DNA of 64,000 bases from Paraphysomonas bandaiensis (taxonomy: Eukaryota; Protista; Chrysophyceae): positions 186,001-250,000 of the forward strand of contig CBFFRP010000296.1 of NCBI GenBank assembly GCA_965644295.1, written 5' to 3'. A program made the position numbers and the translations under genes. Below the pieces are notes generated by a model, which did no database searches, was not told where the DNA came from, and saw nothing but the letters and a program-made list of their open reading frames with translations. How positions within the stretch are numbered: position 1 is the stretch's first letter; each line of letters opens with the position of its first letter. This document shows positions 26,102 through 38,924 of the stretch, one piece after another.

Positions 26102-27115
26102 ATGGTAACGGACTGGTATGTCGTTAAGACGATATTGGGACGATTAGACTACACGCTGCTGATGATAACCCTCCGCAAGCTATCCCCTGATCTCGAGGAC
26201 TCGTCTCTATCAGATGAGTTCATTAAAACTCTCAGTCGACCGCACAGTCAGATAGAGGATATACGGGTACGTACGGACCGGATGTTTCCTGGTAGACTAT
26301 CAGTCGCTGAGATCAGTAATTTACAACTGTATGTCTCCATATTCAATCTTGCTCGAGCAGCTAATATCAGTTTTGAGAAATATTGCGTGTCAGTAGATCA
26401 GTATCTCTTGCCCCCTACATTGCTAAGCTATGGAAGATTTGAGAAGAATCACAGCAGGTTGTTTCGGGACTTAATGCTTTCACAGTCGCTGAAGAAGCTC
26501 TCTCCTAATAAGGTAGCCAGTATATCTGGGATTAGTATCAACCGAATCCTCAAAGAAGCTCCGGCACAAAGCCACAGTGTTAATAAAGCTAGTGATGAGT
26601 CGACAACATCTCCTATGGATTCTAGAAACAAGCCGAATGCCGACACCAAGTCTTCCAAGACCACCTCTGTGTCGCTAAAACGATCCAAGTCGAAACGAAA
26701 GGGGAAAAAGTCGGCCGTCTTATTGCGCTCTCACTCTGACCCTCACGAACCTACGCTGCCGCAAGTAGTACCCCCATTACAACGAATGCAATCGATGGGC
26801 ACTTTTGGGAATCATAAGCAATATCCAATCAATACGGGCCGCACAAGTGGCAGAACTACGGGGCGCTCAGGCAATGGTAAAACTACCCTTCCGCAGATTG
26901 AATCTCCTTTAATTCAGCACTCGAGAAGTGAGGATATCATCCCAATGCGACGAGCTAAGTCTCTCGACCGAATGCCTATTTTCCAGTCGTTCAGTGAAGA
27001 CCGTGCGCTTAATGTAATCCCGTCTATTAAGTTGGTCAATGGAGATGTTTATGTTCATGACTTTGTGGCAACTCCCATGGGGTTAATGCGGAGTGACAGC
27101 CGTGTATTCAACTGA
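26102..27115 (+). CDS. Hypothetical protein (helical N-terminal domain, Ser/Lys-rich disordered C-terminus)
   Basis: ~337-codon uninterrupted ORF, divergent from GT41; no recognised motif. Confidence 0.6.
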   Translation: MVTDWYVVKTILGRLDYTLLMITLRKLSPDLEDSSLSDEFIKTLSRPHSQIEDIRVRTDRMFPGRLSVAEISNLQLYVSIFNLARAANISFEKYCVSVDQYLLPPTLLSYGRFEKNHSRLFRDLMLSQSLKKLSPNKVASISGISINRILKEAPAQSHSVNKASDESTTSPMDSRNKPNADTKSSKTTSVSLKRSKSKRKGKKSAVLLRSHSDPHEPTLPQVVPPLQRMQSMGTFGNHKQYPINTGRTSGRTTGRSGNGKTTLPQIESPLIQHSRSEDIIPMRRAKSLDRMPIFQSFSEDRALNVIPSIKLVNGDVYVHDFVATPMGLMRSDSRVFN

Positions 27116-27479
27116 TACGAATCAAATTGTGCTCCTGATATGGGGATGTCTGTTACAATGACATTGCTGCGTGCTGAGCGACTATGGTCTTGCACCATTC
27201 CATTTCATCATGATATTGTATATACTATTTGGCAGGATGTATGGAAGTATTGTATGTAGCTTTATTTGTAGATTTGTTTGCTGCCTGGTGAGATTTGTTG
27301 TGGATGTATGCAGGATGACGTGTTTTCTGTAGTAATTCCAAGTATAACGTGACATGACGCGGTGTATCGTCATGCATAAAAATATAGCGTACACTTTCAT
27401 AACTGAGTAAACGTAAATGTTGATATATTTATAACAAAACAGAGTGTTCGTATTAAGTTTAGTTATACATTCTTGTATG

Positions 27480-28610
27480 AGAATAGGAAGGGCAGCTTCT
27501 AAACTGTGATATGTGTTAAGTAGCTATCTATCCCTGTTTTGTCTTCAAAATGTGCTTTTGATCTGAATTGAGTTCAACAAAACACTCATATTAGCACCGG
27601 GTAAATATAGACATTCGACTTAAAGATTCGGTCAATTGGAACGCTCTTTATGTTTATGTTAATTATGAAATTGACAGCCATATGGATGTGATTTACACGA
27701 TTTTTGAGAAAAGAGAAACCACAATGATGAGTCAACTTTCAAAAACAAACACTCTAAGTTGTATTTCTATTCTTCGTCTGATGTGGAATATTACAATGAT
27801 GTCAGTGCAAGCAATCTATAATTATAACCCGTGGGCTTTGCAACAATTTCAAGAATATTACAGGAGAGTTTAAGTGCCAGGGCCAGGCAAAAAATATATT
27901 GTGTTAGAATTGGACATTTCACTGAAGTTAACTTTGCTCTACACGTAAACCTTAATCTTGCTATGTTGAACACAATGCACTTTCAAGTAAGAAATTATAA
28001 TTATTATTCTGAACACTTCACTACATATTCGTGTAACATATGTTGAAACATCTGTTCTCAGCAATATCTGTTTATCATATGTTCATCAGTCAGTTCTATA
28101 TTTTGTATAGTCATACATCAGTAACTGAATTTAATTCATTTGTACCTATAATCACCCGTTACACCTATGAGTTGACTTCACCTATTGCACACTATTAACT
28201 CAGTCACTTCAATTGCACAATATATATCACATCATATTGCAGAATTCAACATATTGGATTGCAATATATTGCAACATATATTTAATAATTATTATTGGTC
28301 TTTAAAATATTATTATTATTATTATTTACTTTTGCTGGCAATATATTGCAATATATTGTTATCGCCCCCTGTTAAGTGGCATATCTGATGTTATATACGT
28401 GGTTAGGAGCAGTGCCACCGTGCCACCCAGTTCTATCAGGTTTTTGGGTCATGTCATGCTTCTTATCAGGATTGTGTGCCTCATTCTATACACACAGCAT
28501 TCAAACCAGTGCACTAGCAGAGGTTAAGCGTGTTGTATATAAAGGTGATGATTCTAATTAAGGCAATAAGAACCTAGTGCGACTAAAACTTTTCACCTTC
28601 ATCATCACAC
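27480..28610 (+). repeat. Old dispersed repeat family R1, copy interrupted by the hAT MITE
   Basis: Reverse complement matches 38925-39510 and 40490-40995 (e.g. gcaccgggtaaatatagac, aagaatattacaggagagtttaag, ctaattaaggcaataagaa). Confidence 0.75.
27878..28371. mobile_element. hAT-family MITE (494 bp)
   Basis: Ends cagggccaggcaaaaaatatattg / caatatattgttatcgccccctg resemble the TIR of the hAT at 36358; 8-bp TSD ttaagtgc/ttaagtgg; removing it restores R1. Confidence 0.8.
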
Positions 28611-28976
28611 GTACAAAACCTCACAGTTGCTATTCCCAATCAGTACTGTGTTACTACACAAGTATAATTTTATAGTATAAGGTCGTGTCTAAGGCCGTTA
28701 AACTGTTAGCTACACCAGTGGTATCAAAATATCAATATATCAACACATTGAAGGAAGATAGAGAATAAAGAATGGTGAGAAGCGCTTATCACTATTAATT
28801 AAGTTTCCATCACGATCTGTACCTTGCTAATCCCATGATTTTATGGGTACTTATTAAGCAAAAGGAAAGAGAGATGATTTTGAATCCGCAACCAATAGTA
28901 ACACTATTGCTAACTTATTTCGGGCGATAAAATTGGCCAATATAGTAAATAGGTTAGAGCACTGGTATCAATAAAA

Positions 28977-31900
28977 CTACTTAGAATTCTGTTCAGCAAG
29001 CATGTCCTGAAATCCTTCAAACAATACACCCACGGGAATCGAAAAGAGTGCGACCCCGATGAGCGCCATAATAGTACAAACGATCGACCCCAGAGGAGTA
29101 AAGTCGACCACTGCCCATTCTCCAGCTAAAAATATAGCACAGTAATAGAGCGCATCCACAATGGACACAAAGACTGCCGCATCTTCTCCCCCCCTAGCAG
29201 CCGCTTCAACATCTTCATCGTCACTATGTGGCTCAAGATAATAAAATAGGGTAGCTCCTCCGACCCAGACAATCAATGCCACGACACCAGTAGCTTTAAG
29301 AACTGGAGCCGCTTTCACAAAAACGTCGTCCAACAAAGAAAACGCTTTGAAAAATTTCTCCAGCTCCAGTATACGCGCCAATCGGAATATTCGGAACACT
29401 GTGGCATCAAATACGAGGGTCGGAAAGAATATAGGAATTACAATGACCTGGATGTAGTAGGGTGCAATGGCCAGTAGATCTGCCAGACCGATAAAAGAGG
29501 TCATGAACTTCGATCGCTGAAAGTTCCATTTGGGATCATACACAGCCGTGAAACAGTTTGTCAAATACTCAACAGTAAAAAATATTACGGAAAACGTTTC
29601 AAATGCTTGCCATACAGCATGAGGAACCGTCTCTTCAATTGACGGAACACTCTCCAGAATAACCGCAAGGATATTTAAGGCGATCAGAGCTCCCACGAAC
29701 GTGTGGTAAGCTGTCGAGGAGGGAGATTTACGATTCTTCCATATACATATACGAGCACATATAGGGGGGTTGGAAGAGTCCAAGCCACGGAGAACAGCAC
29801 TGTGAGTGATAGCATCTTGTACAACCATCTGAAAGGCTCGTGCAGAGGCACCTGCAAAAGTCCAGAAAATATCAGATGAAATTATAATAGCTGTACAAAA
29901 ATCACTTGGTAAATATAGGCGATCGCATATTGTAGTCCCAAAAAATAATAATAGCACGTAATATCGAAAAAGATTCATACCTGGCATGGCCCCACTTCTT
30001 GCTTTCCTTGCCAGAAACATTCGTTGACATTTGACCGCTGCATCATATCTTGTTTGTCGTCTCTTCTCGGCCTGAGCTTGCAGGATTTCCACAAAAGCCC
30101 CAGCTAGAATAGAGGCCGGCACAGCAACAATTCCTACAGCAACAACCACTGCAACAACGCAGCACAACTTGCCCCACAAAGAAAAGTCAACAATAGGATA
30201 GTCCCCAGTGAGAAGGACCGCGCTATACTGCAGAGAGGACAGTGCGGAGCGAAATCTTTTGTCTTCACTGTGTTCAGCATCATTCCGTTCGGCGAAGTAC
30301 AAACACTCGTTAAATAGGAACCATAGGACAACACCTACAAACAAAAATGTAAGCCTGAAAAACACAACCCTATCGAGCCATATAAACTGCACTGTATGAA
30401 CGTACGCTAATGACTTACCAGCGTAACATGACACGGAGAGACCATCCCAGCAGTCGCGGAACGCATCATCAACAAGAGATATGCTGATGACAACGTAAGA
30501 ATATATTTTACAGCTAAAACTGACAATCTAACGTAGTGTATATAGAGCACGTTTCTAATTTAAGTACCAATATAACTACTAGTAGACAGTGTAAATAGCG
30601 CACGCATGCTTGTGCGTGACGAGACGCTGTATAGTATACCTGGGAGCATACGTATCCAGGCGAACCAATCGCAATAGTCTAATTGCCCTCAGTGGACCAT
30701 CGTATACATCCATCAGACGCGCTAAATGTGGTCCAAACAACCCTCGTGCAAGGTACCAAGGAAATGTTGACACGAAATCAACAAATCCAAGCCAGGAGAA
30801 TATGTAAGTAAACCCATGGGCTGAAGTGCGCAGAATGTACTCCAGAGTGAACCACACGACAACAATCATTTCCAACACACTCACAATGTGCAAGGCTCTA
30901 CCAGTGTTAGTTGCGAACTCACACGTGCTGATTACTTCCAACGTCACAGCGAATAATGTTGCACACACAGATATGGTTTGGAACATTTTCCCTCGGGTGC
31001 CACGACCTTCAACCAATCTTTGAGACCAGTTTAACTCCTCAGAAGAATGACTGGAGCGGTCCTGACTACTCGGGTTCGGCAATTGCTCAGTTTGATCAGG
31101 CTGCTTCATCTCCACCTCTCCACCTATTGACCCATATCCTGACGGCTTATTTAACCGGTTCTTTCCACTTGGACTCTTCTCTTCCCTGCCGTCCTGGATT
31201 TCATTGGCATCCTCCTTGTCACCAGAAGCAATTTCACTTATCACACCCTCAAATCCAGCACCAAGCGCACCTACAGCAATCTACATTAATAAAACAGGTC
31301 TTCTTGTGTTTAACTAATAATATTGCACATGTGCTCGATATCAGTGAGAAACTCACCAACTGGTACAGCGAAAACTGCCACTGCCACAATTGACAGAAAT
31401 CCCACAATGATTCTACCGACTAAAGTATAATCACACAATGGTGCTTCCCCAGAGAGATTTAAGAGAGTCATCCACATCGCAGTGGGCACAGAGCTGTAAT
31501 ACGATCTCATCTTGGGATCCGGGTTATTTCGTTCGGCAAAGTACATCAGTGCTGAGCAGAACACAAGACAACATGAGGCAGCCATTCCACCAATGGCGAG
31601 AATGCCGTGAGATTTCGAAACGACACGTGAGAGTATCTGAAACCCCATAGAGTACCTCTCGTACTTCATCATTCGAAAGAGAGATATAGTGAGAAAAATA
31701 TACGCAGGACACCCCACTACACCGCCCAGTACATAGAGTACAGTGGGTAACCAGGACATTAAGTCAGCCAATGGCAGCAGACTACACCACATTGCCTTAT
31801 ACGTAGCCTCTGGGCCGGCATACAATATACGCAACACATGATCTACAAAAAAGAACACCGCGCACACAATATCCGCCAAATAAAAAATAAATATCCCTAA

Positions 31901-33102
31901 TGCAGGCATTGACTTCATGGTACTGAGTACAGATGCAAAGGCAGAGACACAAATGAATGACCCAGTCAGTGCTTTGTACGCCTTTTTCGTAGTTAACGGC
32001 GGCGGGGCCATTATTACGGACGCTACGGGGGAAGAAGTAGAAGAAGGCGCTCTGTGTAGTAGAGCCTGCGCCTCAGCAGCAATCTCTGCAGCGTCATCAT
32101 CATCTACGTCGTAGTCTTCTTCTTTGCCTGCAATAAAGCCTTGTCACAACATGGAACAGGGTCAAAGCAAAGTGTACATACCAGTATTAAGTGCGCTAAC
32201 AGCACCCTCCAAGGCTGCGCCTATTAACCCCGTGGGGATAGCAAATATACCGACAGATATTACAGCAGTTGCCACTGCAACAAACCTACCCAAAGTTGAG
32301 TGATTCTCAGCAAGTGGATATTCCCCTGACAGATTAAGAAGCACAAAGAACATGGCTGATGGTATTGAATTAAATCGATTTTGACATATACATGACGAGC
32401 CCTCACAACCATCATCGTCACACGTGCAGTGCTTCGACGGTACCCCGTCGGGTGGGTAGCACCACTCCATGTCCTCGTTACCCCTCTCCGCGAAGTATTG
32501 CAGTGAAGCAGTTACAAGCCATACAGCTCCCCCAGCAAAACTAGCTGCGTAAATTAAGGATTTATTCTCATTCCAACTTGATAGAAACGCGGTACTTGCA
32601 GCTGACCCGCGCTCTGATGCTGTAAGGAATTTCAAAAGTCGAAGCATACGTAGAAACTGAAGTGCCGGAAAAGCATCACCAGGAATAATTAAATCAAGCC
32701 ATGACGGCAAAATAGAGAACAAGTCAACAATGGCAATCGGCTGAAACATCCATGATAGGACACTATCCGCGACCCACAATCGCATTACATACTCTGCAAA
32801 AAGTGAAGGTGATAATAGAAGCGCTTGATTTCATAGTAACTCACCTATAGTGAACACTATCACACAGAAGCACTCAATTCCAGAGAACAGAGGGTCATAT
32901 GTCGGGGTGAGAGAATCAACAGTGCTCACAGCGAATGACAGGGTCGATATGAGTACTAAAAACACCAAAATTTGAACTAGAAATGGACCCCTTCATGAGA
33001 CACATGAGACATCACACGACATGGAGATACGCGGCATTACCACTCGCCCTTCCCGTCTAGAGTCTTCGCTATGTCAGACTTCTGCATAGTAGATGGTATC
33101 AT
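28977..33102 (-). CDS. Four-repeat (4x6TM) voltage-gated-like cation channel built from Kv-type domains
   Basis: Canonical GT-AG splices join four Ion_trans repeats in frame; S4-like LRMLRLLK, LFRMMKYER, LRAIRLLRLVR, FRIFRLAR; pore loops LNLSGEYP, LNLSGEAP, LLTGDYP, FLAGEWA; S6 FAIP/FAVP/VAVP/FSIP. Confidence 0.8.
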
Positions 33103-33664
33103 GGGAACTGGAACACACTGTGATGGCTGAATAGTTACAGTACTTCAGTGAGGCTGGTGTGGCGGCATCTCGAATTGCTGATATGATAATCGTCAGCTCA
33201 TGACGCACCTGCCTGCACAGGCGGAGAACACAATTCCCCTGATTTATAGATTCACTGTATCTTATTGGGGATATTTTATATAAAAATCAGTATTTTTGTT
33301 ACAGCGTGAACAAACTCTTCAAGATATGGCAATAAAGTACAGCTTTTCCGATATTTTGAAGGCTTTGTATTTTGGATACAGCAGTATCCTGATACCTGCT
33401 TGATATCACCTACAGACACGTAGGAACTATTGGCTGTGACTGTACATTTCTAACTACAGTAGGACACACACCTCCAAGAGGAGGGTGCATATACGGTATA
33501 GGTATACATGGTCTGTACATACTGTAGCTGCTGTACAGGAGGGTTCCGGGTCGCCCATACCACTCTGCATCTACATGCATGCATCTGCCGTCATAGTTAG
33601 CAGTAGGTGCTTATAACTACTCTCATTGCTCAATCTACCCGCTGAGTTCTCTCCGTAGGCCCCT

Positions 33665-35734
33665 ATGGTGTTTCCGTCTGGCGGTAGCGCTGGTCTCATT
33701 GTCCTCATATGCATGCTTGTGGTTCTTCTATCTGGTCATGCAAGAGCCGGAGAGTGTGTATGCTCAGATATGTCCAGTCAGCGCCGTGCACTGGGTTCTC
33801 GTCGGAGTATCAAGTTCTCTGATGCAGTGGTGAGAGGCGTTGACTATAAGAGACTGGCCACTAAGCGGCACAGGAGACATATCGCAAAATCTGAAACTGA
33901 AAATAATAATTGTGAGGCGGAACAGGTTCATATTTCTCCGGGAAATAGCATCGACTCGATGTTCGTCTCTTATACGAGTAATTCTTTCAAGTCAGAGGTT
34001 TATTATTCACACCGGGAAGCCGACGTGTTAAATGATGCCCACTCGCAATTAACTGCAACGGGAACGCATCGAGCTTATGCGGAGCAGTACTACATAATCG
34101 GCAATCTAGTAGACCCCGGTATGGGCGAGCCAATTCAGACTAGCGAGTATATTAGGGAACTTGAAGACACAACCGCTTGGGCGTATGACAAGGACACTGG
34201 GGAACGTTGGGCAAATTGGTATGCCTACTATTTACTATTTTGTCTTCTAACCTGTTATAGGTACAATGTAACTGAAATGTTCTATAAATTCGGCCAGTAT
34301 AACAACCCTTATATGGTATATCAGTCTCCCTTGGTGCATGCCGTTGAACTAACTGGATTATCTTCTGGAGTTACCTATTACTACAGGGTGGCAGATTCAT
34401 GCACTGTTTTTCAGTTCACCATGCCGCGGTTTACCTTATCCGACACCTCAAAGTCTCAGGAATCTCTTTTTCCATTTTCATTTGGTATGATTGGAGATAT
34501 AGGGCTCACTAACGTTAGTATGATGACTTTCTCTGCTTTGGAGGCGCTAGAGAGCGATGCGGTATTGATTGTCGGAGATCTCTCGTACTCGGATGGTTGG
34601 ATGAATACTTGGGACAGCTTTGGACGGGCCATTCAGTCGTTAGGATCTCAGACACCTTTAATGACAACAGGTGGAAACCATGGTAAGTTTATAGTTAAAT
34701 GTTCTATGTAGGATTGACAGTACAATATAATATAGAACTGCAGTCAGGAGAAAACTGGGTCTCCTATCAGCTACGATATTTGACCCCGTATAGCGGTAGT
34801 GGATCACCAGATCCCGTTTACTGGGGTCGAGAAATGGGGCCTGTTCATGTGATTGCCCTTAACTCCTACGCTGCCTACTCGAATACTAGTATTCAATACA
34901 GGTGGTTAGAAAACTACCTCTCGACTCATGTGAACCGCGACCGCACGCCATGGGTTGTTGTGATGATGCACACACCCCTTTATCACTCAAATACTGTACA
35001 CTGGAAGGAAGGGGAACTCATGCGTCTTGCGATGGAACCCCTGTTATACGCTTATGGAGTGGACGTGGTTTTGTCTGGGCACTTGCATGCATATGAACGC
35101 ACAGAACCGGTATATGATAACTCACTAGATCCTTGCGGCATGACTCACCTTATTCTTGGAGACGGAGGAAATTATGAAGGTGATGGAGGGCCAAATGCTT
35201 TCCTCGCATTGATTGTCAATAATTTTGTATTGTGTAGGGGAGGCCACCCCTTGGAGGATAGAAAACACTTCTACAGGGGCTCCCGTCTGGAGCAGTTTTC
35301 GAGAGTCTTCTTTTGGTGTTGGCTCAATTGTTATTGTAAATTCTACTCACGCTCAGTTTTCTTGGCATCGGCATGCCTGTGGGTCCTCCTCCTCGGATGC
35401 ATACTACATGAATTTCAGTGACTCCTGTTTCAGTCCAGAGGATAATAGTGAGCATGCAATGGAGACCAGTGATTCTACGTGGATAGTGCGACCCGACTCG
35501 ATAACATGTCCTAACCGCCATACAACTACTGGCTACACTCCTACATCCTCTACATCTTCCGGCAACGACGACGACAGCGATGGATTATCATCCACAGCAG
35601 TTGCTCTTATTGCCGTATGCTGTATTCTGGGCATTTTGTGTCTAACTCTCGCCGGAGTGATTGTGTACTTGTATAAGAAAATACGAGTAAAAGGAAGTAG
35701 CGATGGAACAGATTTGCTCCAGGTTAAGTCGTGA
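33665..35734 (+). CDS. Purple acid phosphatase, type I membrane form
   Basis: Signal peptide; FN3-like EQVHIS...YYYRV; metal motifs GDIG, GDLSY, GNHE (split by an intron), VMMH, GHLH; C-terminal TM. Confidence 0.9.
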
Positions 35735-36357
35735 ATCACTGTGATTTTGCTGTAAATATGCTGTGGGTAAAACTGTGTCATTGCCAAATGACTTTGTTGA
35801 GGTAATGAGGTTTCATCATACTGTGGAAACTCAAGTACGATAATTTAGCATATTATTAAATAAATATTCCTGGTATCTGCTTTTCTATTATACCATACAG
35901 TATTTAATGGTTTTACTCAGAGCAAAATTCTAGCATATAGCTTTTAATTGTCGGAGAAGACTGTTTGTATGTTGTTTGTCCATCTATTTTACACTGTTGT
36001 TCGTCTTAGCTTCTATCATGTGATACGCCTTGGGGTTTGCATAGAGGTGTAAGATATAGTGCTATGATTTACAAAGACGACAAGAAGACTGCTACAAGTA
36101 ACCCATTGTTGTATACCGATAGTAATACTGGGGTATTTACACAGACACTTCTTCAGCACCTGATGAGAGTTGCTGTGTATGTACCAACTCATCTACTATG
36201 CTGTGCTCTCTGGTGACGAAGATCGACTGTACCTTGATAATTTCTGTCTTTAATAAATCCCATGCATCACGATGCAGCTACAGATACAAGAAATGTATAC
36301 TCTGTTCTCTAGATGTGATATGGATATCCAGATATGTGGCGGGTGCTGCGTACATAG

Positions 36358-37909
36358 CAGGGATAGGGAACAATATATTGCAATACTATTGTTAGGTAGC
36401 GTTCCATCAATAGTATTGATGGATTTTTTAAACCGGCCCTACAATACTATTGCAATATATTGCAATATATTGTACAATATATTGCAATATATTAGTATGA
36501 CTAATCAGTAAGTAAACACATCCGTAGTTTTCATTTTTAGTACTTGCCATATTTTATAAGGTCTAAGGTCACTTGATAATCAAACCCACTACTCTTAACT
36601 AATTAAAAGTTTCCTCATACTCATCCTCTGAGCCATCATCGGTGACATCATCATCACCATATTCATTCAATATTGATTGAAATATGCTTGCATCCGGCCA
36701 CAACTGTCGGTTAGCTTTCAGAAACAACAGCATATTAAGTGTAGTAGGATGCATACGTTTGCGCAACACTGATATAATCAGTTTTGCTGCGCTGAACAGG
36801 CGTTCACACGTATTGGAAGTACATACTACATGACTCGTGCACCTGTACTTAGATATTTCAACTTTTCGCTTCTTAAGTTTTTGAGCTGATTGAAGTATCA
36901 AACCAATCCGCAGCAGTGAATCCGTAGAATTTCTCTTCATCAGGTAGATCTTCATCGAAAACAGTGTTGTCATCAATATCCTCTTGCACATTACAAGACA
37001 ACAATAACAAATTCGGAGTATTGGTTCGGTCGCAAAAGGTTGCAAATATTGCACTGTAGTGGTGGGAGTCCGACGTCCAACCGTCCATGACTAGACCAAA
37101 TGTTGGTGGTAATATATCTTTAATCATATCACGTAGCTTCAGTTCCAACAGTCTCATATATTTTTTCAGTGTTTTTGTAGTTATCTTACCCAAAGAAGTC
37201 TTATTTCTAGTTAATTTCTTCTCACAGAAATTTAATGGAAGATTTTCCTCGACAATCCACTCCACCCACTCATAAATTGTTTTCGCCTTGTCTGAAGGCT
37301 GCAGAACAAAAGCATCCATGGGACCATTGGTGCAGACAGCCCGTAAATACCTCTTCAATGTCTCCTCCCACACATCATGAGAGAAAGTGTGATCCTTTAG
37401 ATTGTTGTATCCATTCCGAATATTCTGTTGTCGTTTACGTCCGCAGATTTTACACTCGTGTTTGTTCGGGACACCTTCGACCGGACTCCAAAAACAGCGG
37501 TAAATGTCCCTACTCTTGTATGCACTCATCATTCAGTTGTCTCTTCTTGTCACTATAGGATATATATACTATATTAAGAGAAGTACTGTACATACATGTG
37601 GAGAGGTGTAGAGTGCTGTTTGAGCTGGCGATACATAAAAAATAGAAAATAACATCAAAAATAGGCTTTTTTTCTTATTTTCCGGATATTTGTATACAGA
37701 GGCGTATATTTTGCACCATACAGTTGATGATCTTCTCTTATATGACTATCATAATATTGATTGCAATATATTGCAATAGTATTGTGAGCTCTATTAACAG
37801 AAACACTATTGATGGAATATTTGACCAGTCCACCAATCAATATATTTTACAATATATTGCAATATATTGTACAATATATTGCAATACAATATATTGTTCC
37901 CTATCCCTG
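36358..37909 (-). mobile_element. Internally deleted hAT DNA transposon (Ds-like, 1552 bp)
   Basis: Perfect 23-bp TIRs cagggatagggaacaatatattg; perfect 8-bp TSD GTACATAG (36350-36357, 37910-37917). Confidence 0.93.
36599..37532 (-). pseudogene. Truncated hAT transposase
   Basis: BED finger CKIC...H...H and first catalytic D (LVMDGWT), fused out of frame to the C-terminal dimerisation domain (TSNTCERLFS...LLFLKAN...W); central core missing. Confidence 0.88.
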
Positions 37910-38130
37910 GTACATAGTGCGAGTACTTGTACATACAGCTGTACAGCAATATATTGTATATTGGCTATTGAAGGGGGGTTTCCAGTATCAGAATCTACAA
38001 TGAATAATAACGATATAGTAATTGCTGACTCTGAACTTGAAAAGCGTATTGAAGTATTAAAATTAACAAAAATAAAAATATCAATGAAACTTTTTGCGTG
38101 CCTACCCCTATTTGTCATAAACATCGAAAT

Positions 38131-38377
38131 TTAAATTTAATGAAAAAATCAATGAAAAATTTTGGAGTACCTGCTAAATATCGAAATAACCACACACAAG
38201 AAGACAGGCAGCAGGGACAGCGGGGCGGTTGTGCAATTTCATGAAAAAATGAGTTGAAAACAACAATCCAGTAGATCCCCAAACTCACAATTTCACAATA
38301 TATTATTGACAACTATAGTTAATAACAGAAGTATTAAACACGCTGTTAAATTATGGAAACAAAAAACGAACAAGAAG
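38131..38377. repeat. ~250-bp duplicated segment A (copy at 41439-41690)
   Basis: Near-identical direct copies. Confidence 0.9.
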
Positions 38378-38653
38378 ATAGTTATACTATTAATTTTGTT
38401 TTCCCACTTTTGCATATTGTTTACTTATACTCTTATTATACTTAACCACGGGCAATAAGGAGCAGGGCCAGTCAAATATATATTGGATTGCAATTATTTA
38501 TTCTTGCTTGTTGCTGTAATATATTGATTATTATTTTAGCAAAATTTGGCTTTGCAAGATATTGCATTATATATTAATATATATTGCTCATGCGAGTACG
38601 TCTTAGATAATATTCTTGATTAATCATAAACGACTCTTCATAATATAGTTATA

Positions 38654-38771
38654 TTTAACCACGGGCAATAAGGAGGCTATATCGTCCCGCGCTCAAAATT
38701 TTGAAACGAGGGCGAAAAGCCCGAGTTTTAAAATTTAGACAAGGGACGTTACTCCTTATCCCTAGGTTAAA
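38654..38771. repeat. ~118-bp imperfect palindrome centred on gggc-gaaaa-gccc
   Basis: Arms tttaacc/ggttaaa, ataaggag/ctccttat, cgtccc/gggacg, aaattttgaaac/gttttaaaattt; a left-arm fragment also occurs at 38441-38462. Confidence 0.8.
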
Positions 38772-38924
38772 TTGTAGCTTAACCTCATGACGTTGAAAAG
38801 TTAATATTAGATTGTATAGCTATTTGTAGCATGCTTGCTGTATTAAGAAATAGATGTTCCTTGATTAAATTAATAACACAAATGAGAACTCATATAGTTT
38901 CAAATGAATGATATGAATACTGTA

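Noticed and set aside
36160-36195. CTGATGA followed by a hairpin (hammerhead-like)
   Set aside because: No GAAA after the stem and no stem I/III.
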